DNA from: Gammaproteobacteria bacterium
Lineage (GTDB): Bacteria; Pseudomonadota; Gammaproteobacteria; UBA5335; SLRW01
Direction of reading: 5' to 3'
NCBI GenBank assembly: GCA_035638695.1
Contig: DASQZM010000008.1
Location: 252-64,251, forward strand
Length of the DNA: 64,000 bases
The first letter of the stretch is position 1. Each line of letters opens with the position of its first letter. Below, one piece after another: positions 57,598-64,000 of this stretch. Position numbers and translations under genes: made by a program. A model generated the notes under the pieces. That model did not search any database, was not told the DNA's origin, and saw only the letters and a program-made list of their open reading frames with translations.

Positions 57598-58692
57598 GTG
57601 GGCAAGCGGACAGCGCTTTACGGGACACACAAGGCCCTCGGCGCAAAAATGGTGGATTTCGGTGGCTGGGACATGCCGTTGCATTACGGCTCCCAGCTCG
57701 AGGAGCACCACCAGGTGCGCCGCGACGCCGGCATGTTCGACGTCTCGCACATGACGGTCGCCGATCTCCACGGTGCCGGCACCCGGGACTTCCTGCGGCG
57801 ACTCCTGGCCAATGACATCGGCCGCCTGCCGGGTCCCGGGCGAGCCCTGTACAGCTGCATGCTCAACCCGGATGGGGGCGTCCGCGACGACCTCATCAGC
57901 TACTGGATGGACGCGCGGTGGTACCGCGTGGTGGTCAACGCCGCCACCCGGGACAAGGACCTGGCGTGGATGCGTGAACAGGCCTCGGCCTTCGACGTGA
58001 CGCTGACCGAGCGAACCGACCTGGCGATGCTGGCGGTCCAGGGGCCCCGGGCGGTGGAGATCGTCCTGGGCAGACTGGATCCGCGGGCGCGCGAAGCGGC
58101 CGGTTCACTGCGCCCGTTCCAGGCGCTCGCCGCCGGCTCGCTGTTTATCGGCCGCACCGGCTACACGGGAGAGGACGGCTTCGAGCTGGTCCTCCCCGCA
58201 GACGAGGTAGTCCCCTGGTGGCAGGAACTGAGGGGGGCCGGGGCGGTGCCCTGCGGGCTCGGGGCGCGGGACACGCTGCGCCTGGAGGCGGGCCTGAACC
58301 TGTACGGCAGCGACATGGATGAAACCACCACGCCACTGGAATCGGGGCTGGCCTGGACCGTGGCCTGGGAGCCCGAGGATCGCCGTTTCATCGGTCGCGA
58401 GGCACTGGAGGCGCAACGTGCCCGGGGCGTGTCCAGGCGCCTGGTGGGGCTGGTGCTCGAGGGCCGCGGGGTGCTGCGCAATCACCAGACGGTACACGCC
58501 GGTGATGCCGGAGACGGCGAGATTACCAGCGGCGGCTTCTCGCCCACGCTCGGGCGGTCGATCGCGCTGGCGCGCGTGCCCGCCGCGACTGGCGATCACT
58601 GCACCGTCGAGATGCGCGGCCGCGAAATGGCGGTCCGGGTCGTCAGGCCGCCGTTCGTACGCAACGGCAGGGCGCTCGTCGAGCTGGACTGA
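57598..58692 (+). CDS. gcvT: glycine cleavage system aminomethyltransferase T
   Basis: [31 protein letters not shown]...MFDVSHM. GTG start. Confidence 0.95.
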   Translation: MGKRTALYGTHKALGAKMVDFGGWDMPLHYGSQLEEHHQVRRDAGMFDVSHMTVADLHGAGTRDFLRRLLANDIGRLPGPGRALYSCMLNPDGGVRDDLISYWMDARWYRVVVNAATRDKDLAWMREQASAFDVTLTERTDLAMLAVQGPRAVEIVLGRLDPRAREAAGSLRPFQALAAGSLFIGRTGYTGEDGFELVLPADEVVPWWQELRGAGAVPCGLGARDTLRLEAGLNLYGSDMDETTTPLESGLAWTVAWEPEDRRFIGREALEAQRARGVSRRLVGLVLEGRGVLRNHQTVHAGDAGDGEITSGGFSPTLGRSIALARVPAATGDHCTVEMRGREMAVRVVRPPFVRNGRALVELD

Positions 58693-58744
58693 ACATCATG
58701 CCACGGGCGCCCGGGGTGGGGCGGAAACCAGAGGGGATGCAGTC

Positions 58745-59140
58745 ATGAGCGAGATTCCAACCGAGCTGAAATACACCAGCAGCCATGAATGGGTGGAGGA
58801 CCAGGGCGACGGCACCGTGACCCTGGGGGTTACCGACCACGCGCAGGACGCGCTCGGCGACCTCGTGTTCGTCGAGCTGCCCGAGGTCGGACAGGAGTTC
58901 GAAGGCGGAGACGCCTGCGCCGTGGTGGAGTCGGTGAAGGCGGCGTCGGACGTGTACGCGCCGGTCAAGAGCTCGGTCGTGGAGGTGAACGAGGAGCTGG
59001 AAGAGCATCCCGAATACGTGAACGAGGATCCGTACGGCAAGGGCTGGCTGGTGCGCCTGGAACTGGCGGAGGGTGTCGGCCTGGATGAACTTCTCGACGC
59101 GGCGGCCTATCAGGCCGTGGTCGAGGCGGAAGAGGAATGA
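58745..59140 (+). CDS. gcvH: glycine cleavage system protein H
   Basis: LKYTSSHEWVE...VESVKAASDVYAP (lipoyl Lys). Confidence 0.95.
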   Translation: MSEIPTELKYTSSHEWVEDQGDGTVTLGVTDHAQDALGDLVFVELPEVGQEFEGGDACAVVESVKAASDVYAPVKSSVVEVNEELEEHPEYVNEDPYGKGWLVRLELAEGVGLDELLDAAAYQAVVEAEEE

Positions 59141-59185
59141 GCCTCCCGGGCCGTCCGGTCATGTGATCCCGAGCAGGAAATCGCC

Positions 59186-60541
59186 ATGCCATTCATTCCG
59201 CACACGCAGCAGGACATCGACCAGATGCTGTCCGTGATCGGCGTCGACAGTATCGACGCGCTGTTCGAGGAGATCCCGGACGAGCTCCAGACCGGCATCG
59301 AAGGCGTGCCGGAAGGCCTCGGCGAGATGGCCGTCACGCGGCTGATGGAAGAACGCGCGGCGTGCGACCCGCGCGACCTGTGCTTCATCGGGGCCGGCGC
59401 CTACGACCATCACATCCCGGCGGCGGTCTGGCAGATCACGACCCGCGGCGAGTACTACAGCGCCTACACGCCGTACCAGGCGGAGGCCAGCCAGGGCAAC
59501 CTGCAGCTGATCTACGAATATCAGACCATGATGGCGGGGCTGACGGGCATGGAGGTTTCCAACGCCTCCATGTACGACGGCGCCTCCGCTCTCGGCGAGG
59601 CGGTGCTCATGGCGGTGCGTGCCAACCGGCGCTCGCGTTCCCGGCGGATCCTGATGCCGCGTACCGTCAACCCGCTGTACCGCCGTACCGCCGAGGTGAT
59701 CGTGGGCAACCAGGGTATCGGCTTCGAGTCGGTGGATTACGATCCCGCCACCGGCACGATCAACGCCGGTGCTTTGCCCGCTGGCGACGGGAACGACATT
59801 ACCGCCCTGGTGATACCGCAGCCGAACTTCTTCGGCGCCCTGGAGGATGTGGATGCCCTGACCGACTGGGCCCACCAACAGGGCGCCCTGGTCATCGCCG
59901 TGGTGAACCCGACCGCCATGGCGGTGCTGTCGGCGCCCGGCAGCTGGGGCGAGAAGGGTGCCGACATCGTCTGCGGCGAAGGCCAGCCGCTGGGCATCCC
60001 GCTGTCCTCCGGCGGTCCTTACTATGGTTTCCTGTGCTGCCGCAAGGGCCACCTGCGCCAGCTGCCGGGCCGCCTGGTCGCCCGGGCCGTGGACGCGGAC
60101 GGCCGCGACGGCTACACGCTTACGCTGCAGGCGCGGGAGCAGCACATCCGGCGGTCCAAGGCGACCTCGAACATCTGTACCAACCAGGGGCTGATGGTGA
60201 CCGCGTCGACCATCTACATGGCCCTGCTGGGGCCGGATGGGCTGGCGTCGGTCGCCGGCCAGTCGCATGCGAACACCCGGGCGCTGGTCGAGCGGCTGAC
60301 AGCGCTGCCCGGAGTCGAGCGGGTCTTCGACGGAGCGTACTTCCACGAGGCCGCCCTGCGCCTGCCGCGTCCTGCGGCGGAGGTGCTCGACGCCCTGGCG
60401 CAGGGTGGAATCCTGGGTGGCTACCGCCTCGCCGGCGACTATCCGGAGCTGGGAGAGGCGGTCCTGGTGAGCGCCACCGAGCGCCGGACTGCCGCCGATC
60501 TGGACCGCTACGCCGGGGAGCTGGCGGAGGTGCTGGCGTGA
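59186..60541 (+). CDS. gcvPA: glycine dehydrogenase (decarboxylating) subunit 1
   Basis: 451 aa. [23 protein letters not shown]. Confidence 0.95.
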   Translation: MPFIPHTQQDIDQMLSVIGVDSIDALFEEIPDELQTGIEGVPEGLGEMAVTRLMEERAACDPRDLCFIGAGAYDHHIPAAVWQITTRGEYYSAYTPYQAEASQGNLQLIYEYQTMMAGLTGMEVSNASMYDGASALGEAVLMAVRANRRSRSRRILMPRTVNPLYRRTAEVIVGNQGIGFESVDYDPATGTINAGALPAGDGNDITALVIPQPNFFGALEDVDALTDWAHQQGALVIAVVNPTAMAVLSAPGSWGEKGADIVCGEGQPLGIPLSSGGPYYGFLCCRKGHLRQLPGRLVARAVDADGRDGYTLTLQAREQHIRRSKATSNICTNQGLMVTASTIYMALLGPDGLASVAGQSHANTRALVERLTALPGVERVFDGAYFHEAALRLPRPAAEVLDALAQGGILGGYRLAGDYPELGEAVLVSATERRTAADLDRYAGELAEVLA

Positions 60542-60604
60542 GCCCGCGGCGGCCGGCGGTGGCATGGAGCAGGGCGAACATTCGGCAACGGGGGAATTCC
60601 TGAG

Positions 60605-62125
60605 ATGCTGATATTCGAGCATTCGCGTCCCGGACGGCGCGCCCAGGCGCAGGCACCGGATCTGTCCGGGGCCGCGCTCGAGACCGCGCTGGACGACATC
60701 CCGGCACGCTTTCGGCGGGCGCAGCGGCCCACGTTGCCCGAGGTGTCGGAGCTGCAGGTCGTGCGGCACTACACGGGCCTGTCGCAGAAGAACTTCTCCA
60801 TCGACACCCACTTCTACCCGCTGGGCTCGTGCACCATGAAGTACAATCCACGGGCTTGCAACAGCCTCGCGATGCAGCCCCAGTTCCTGGGGCGTCATCC
60901 GCTGGCGCCGGCCGAGCGCGGGCAGGGCTTTCTCGAGTGCATGCACGACCTGCAGGAGATCCTGCGCGAGGTGACCGGCATGCGCGAGGTCTCGCTGACG
61001 CCCATGGCCGGGGCGCAGGGCGAGTTCGCGGGCGTGGCGATGATCCGTGCCTACCATGATGCCCGCGGCGACCGCGCGCGCGCCGAGGTGCTCGTGCCGG
61101 ACGCCGCCCACGGCACCAATCCCGCCACCGCGACCATGTGCGGCTACCAGGTCCGTGAGATCCCCACCGGCGAGGACGGCGACGTCGACCTCGAGGCCCT
61201 GAAGAAGGTGGTCGGGCCGCAGACCGCCGGGATCATGCTGACCAACCCGTCGACGCTGGGTGTCTTCGAGCGCCGGATCCGGGACATCGCCCGGGTCGTG
61301 CACGAGGCCGGCGGGCTGCTGTACTACGACGGCGCCAACCTCAACGCGATCCTGGGCCGGGTGCGTCCGGGCGACATGGGCTTCGACGTGATGCACCTGA
61401 ACCTGCACAAGACCTTTTCCACGCCTCACGGTGGCGGCGGCCCCGGGGCGGGGGCGATCGTCGCGGGCGAGCGGCTCGCGGAGTTTCTCCCGGTGCCCAT
61501 GGTGGTCCGGGACGGCGACGCCTTCCGCTGGGCCGGTGAAGCCGAACGGCCGCGGAGCATCGGCCGGCTGTCGGCGTTCATGGGCAACGCCGGCGTGCTC
61601 CTGCGTGCCTACGTCTATGCCCGCATGCTGGGCCGCGAGGGCATGCGCCGGGTGGCGGACTTCGCCACACTGAACGCCAATTACCTGCTCGCGCGCCTGG
61701 CCCGCGAGGGCTTCACCCCGGGCTATCCGGGCCGGCGCGCCAGCCACGAGTTCACCCTGACACTCAAGCCGGAGGCGAAGAAACTCGGGGTATCCGCCCT
61801 GGACTTCGCCAAGCGCCTGCTGGACTACGGCTTCCACGCGCCGACGATCTATTTTCCCATGCTGGTGCCGGAATGCTTTTTGATCGAGCCGACCGAAACC
61901 GAGGCCAGGGAAGCCCTGGACGGCTTCGTCGAGGCCATGGTCGCGATCCGCGGGGAGGCGGAGCGGGATCCGGAGATCCTGCATGGAGCGCCGCACGCGC
62001 TGCCGGTCCGCCGGCTGGACGAGGTCGACGCGGCGCGCACCCTGAACATCCGCTGGGAGCCCGCGGAAGAGTCCGCGGGCGGCAGCGACGCGGGGGCGGA
62101 GCGGCGCAGGATCGCGACTTCCTGA
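60605..62125 (+). CDS. gcvPB: glycine dehydrogenase (decarboxylating) subunit 2
   Basis: 506 aa. [10 protein letters not shown] and [18 protein letters not shown] (PLP Lys). Confidence 0.95.
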   Translation: MLIFEHSRPGRRAQAQAPDLSGAALETALDDIPARFRRAQRPTLPEVSELQVVRHYTGLSQKNFSIDTHFYPLGSCTMKYNPRACNSLAMQPQFLGRHPLAPAERGQGFLECMHDLQEILREVTGMREVSLTPMAGAQGEFAGVAMIRAYHDARGDRARAEVLVPDAAHGTNPATATMCGYQVREIPTGEDGDVDLEALKKVVGPQTAGIMLTNPSTLGVFERRIRDIARVVHEAGGLLYYDGANLNAILGRVRPGDMGFDVMHLNLHKTFSTPHGGGGPGAGAIVAGERLAEFLPVPMVVRDGDAFRWAGEAERPRSIGRLSAFMGNAGVLLRAYVYARMLGREGMRRVADFATLNANYLLARLAREGFTPGYPGRRASHEFTLTLKPEAKKLGVSALDFAKRLLDYGFHAPTIYFPMLVPECFLIEPTETEAREALDGFVEAMVAIRGEAERDPEILHGAPHALPVRRLDEVDAARTLNIRWEPAEESAGGSDAGAERRRIATS

Positions 62126-62204
62126 GCCAGGGCGCGAACGCGGCTCGCCCGTCGGCTACGTCCCGACGGTCCCATCAGCCACAGACGAGGGGGAATGCAC
62201 GGCC

Positions 62205-63146
62205 ATGACAGCACTGATCTGCGGCTCTTTCGCCTACGACACCATCATGGTGTTCCCGGAACGCTTCCGGGATCACATCCTTCCCGAGAAGGTGCACATG
62301 CTCAACGTGTCCTTCCTGGTGCCGAAGATGCGGCGCGAGTTCGGCGGCTGCGCCGGCAACATCGCCTACAACCTGAGCCTGCTGGACGGCGACGGTTACC
62401 CCATGGGCACCGTGGGCGCGGATTTCGCCCCGTACGCGCAGTGGATGGACGAGCGGGAGATCAGCCGGCGCTACGTCAAGGAAACGCCCGGGTCATACAC
62501 GGCGCAGGCCTACATCATGACCGACCTGGACGACAACCAGATCACCGCATTCCATCCCGGCGCCATGGACAACGCGCATCAGCTGAACGTGCCGCGCGAT
62601 GCCGGAATCAGCCTCGGCATTGTCGCCCCGGACGGACGCGACGGGATGATCCAGCACGCGCGCGAGTTCGCCGGGGCCGGCATCCCGTTCATCTTCGACC
62701 CGGGCCAGGGGCTGCCGATGTTCAGCGGCGACGAGCTTTTGCAGCTCATCGACCAGGCGACCTACATGGCGGTGAACGACTACGAGTCGGAGCTCACGCG
62801 CGAGCGCACCGGGCTCGGCCTCGAGGAGATCGCGGATCGTGTGGACGCCCTGATCGTGACCAAGGGATCCAACGGCTCCGTGATCCATACCAGGGGCGGT
62901 CGCAAGTACGACATCCCCTGCGCCCGCGCCAGGGAGGTTGCCGATCCCACCGGCTGCGGCGACGCCTACCGCGCCGGCCTGATCTTCGGCCTGATGAACG
63001 ACATGGACTGGGAGACCTCGGGGCGCGTGGCCTCGCTCATGGGCACGCTCAAGGTCGAGCATCACGGCACCCAGAATCACCGCTTTGACCTCTACGACTT
63101 CCGCGACATGTTCAAGCAGGCCTTTGGCTACGAGCTCGGCGTCTGA
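62205..63146 (+). CDS. PfkB-family carbohydrate/nucleoside kinase
   Basis: GGCAGNIAYNL and DPTGCGDAYRAG motifs. Confidence 0.85.
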   Translation: MTALICGSFAYDTIMVFPERFRDHILPEKVHMLNVSFLVPKMRREFGGCAGNIAYNLSLLDGDGYPMGTVGADFAPYAQWMDEREISRRYVKETPGSYTAQAYIMTDLDDNQITAFHPGAMDNAHQLNVPRDAGISLGIVAPDGRDGMIQHAREFAGAGIPFIFDPGQGLPMFSGDELLQLIDQATYMAVNDYESELTRERTGLGLEEIADRVDALIVTKGSNGSVIHTRGGRKYDIPCARAREVADPTGCGDAYRAGLIFGLMNDMDWETSGRVASLMGTLKVEHHGTQNHRFDLYDFRDMFKQAFGYELGV

Positions 63147-63360
63147 CCGGCACCGGGCACCCGCCCGGTCCGTCCCCTGACCGTAGCTGCGGGCCCGCAC
63201 CAGGGTGTCACCCCGGGTACGCCGCGGGCCGCCAGCGGCAAGCGCGACACCGCCGCGTTGCTCCGGCGGTTTCCGGAGGAGGGCAGCAACGCCTGCTGAA
63301 CGAGGAGCGTATCGTGCGGGTGATCGAGGAAGCCTGCACGGACGGCCGCGCGGCTGCTGC

Positions 63361-64000
63361 TCAGGCGCCGACTCCAAGGCTTCGCCGCAGGGCTTCCGGG
63401 TCGTCCACGAGCGGCGCCTGGCAGGTCATGCCCTCGCAGATCCAGGCGGTGAGCTGTCCGCGAGGTGAGCGTTCCGCCAGCAGTCCCGGCAGGCCGGTCT
63501 CGTCCGCCGGAATCGACAGGACCAGGCGGTCCGGATGGAAGCCGCGCACGGCGCGCGCGTGCCACGGCTCCAGCTCCGGCCGCTCCCCCCGCAGCACGAC
63601 CGTCGTGGGTGGGTTCAGGTGTTCGTCCAGGGCCATGAGCAGCGCGTAGTGGGCCTGGGGAACTTCCCGGAGCGACTCGTGAGCCGCCCGCAGCGTCTGC
63701 TCCTGCGCCTCGAGATAGAGGGGCTCGCCGAGCATGTGACCGAGGCGGCCGAAGACGCGCGCGGCCACGCCGTTGCCGGCGGGCAGCGAGTCGTCCGTGA
63801 ACGGTCGCGGACGGTAGATCAGCTCCTCGTGGTCGTCCGCCGTGAAGTAGAAGCCCCCGTGGTCGGTGTCCCGGAACAGGTCCAGCAGGGTCTCGGCCAG
63901 GCGCAGGGCCAGGTCCAGGTCGCTGCGCCGCCAGCGCACCTGGAGCAGTTCCAGCAGCCCGTCGATAAGATAGGCATGGTCGTCGAGATACGCCGGAAAG
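63361..64000 (-). CDS. thioredoxin-domain (DUF255/YyaL-like) protein, C-terminal part; the gene continues beyond the window
   Basis: The reading frame is open from the stop at 63361 to the window edge. GGFYFTADDHEELIYRP and CEGMTCQAP are typical of the six-hairpin C-terminal region. Confidence 0.75.
   Translation of the reverse strand, partial: FPAYLDDHAYLIDGLLELLQVRWRRSDLDLALRLAETLLDLFRDTDHGGFYFTADDHEELIYRPRPFTDDSLPAGNGVAARVFGRLGHMLGEPLYLEAQEQTLRAAHESLREVPQAHYALLMALDEHLNPPTTVVLRGERPELEPWHARAVRGFHPDRLVLSIPADETGLPGLLAERSPRGQLTAWICEGMTCQAPLVDDPEALRRSLGVGA

Noticed and set aside
63146-63361. Intergenic region with CTGACCG motifs and GGCAAGCGCGAC, considered as a possible further degenerate repeat copy.
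   Set aside because: The matches are 7-12-mers of GC-rich sequence without collinearity to copy D, so chance similarity is plausible.
1-64000. Scan for CRISPR arrays, rRNA genes, intact IS or transposase genes, phage genes and toxin-antitoxin pairs.
   Set aside because: No regularly spaced direct repeats, no rRNA-like sequence, and no transposase, integrase or phage-structural motifs were seen in any frame of the track.

Overview
Very GC-rich (by eye, not computed) core-chromosome segment of a gammaproteobacterium. Gene content and synteny suggest a Chromatiales/Ectothiorhodospiraceae-like organism, but that is a guess. I support about 70 CDS, nearly all housekeeping: cydAB, a MoxR-VWA pair, fadD, purC, rpe-gph-trpE-trpGDC, crp/vfr, speD, coq7, rplM-rpsI, tRNA-Gln, rpiA, ilvA, the zapB-like/zapA/6S RNA/5-FCL block, ygfB-pepP-ubiH-ubiI, and a glycine-riboswitch-controlled gcvT-gcvH-gcvPA-gcvPB operon. 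There are also three c-di-GMP turnover genes. I see no CRISPR array, intact IS, prophage, integrase or recognisable defence island. Many long ORFs in the six-frame track are antisense or off-frame shadow ORFs typical of high-GC DNA. The main signal the genes do not explain is a family of palindromic MITE-like intergenic repeats, with five full or degenerate copies plus one solo end. They carry a conserved 27-nt terminus, GTGGCRTTMCCYCTGACCGGGTTAGTA. All have the same polarity and each lies 5' of a + strand gene; one copy contains an FNR/Anr-type box in front of cydA. Other points worth a second look are a Trp-rich leader ORF upstream of trpE, a second small hairpin repeat that supplies the stop codon of a diguanylate cyclase, an uncharacterised GNAT/C39-peptidase + RimK-like ATP-grasp operon, a secreted propeptide(I9)-PrcB fusion protein, an orphan CoxL-like molybdoenzyme subunit next to tRNA-Gln, and two decayed genes. 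All product calls come from recognising motifs in the supplied translations. No database search was run.
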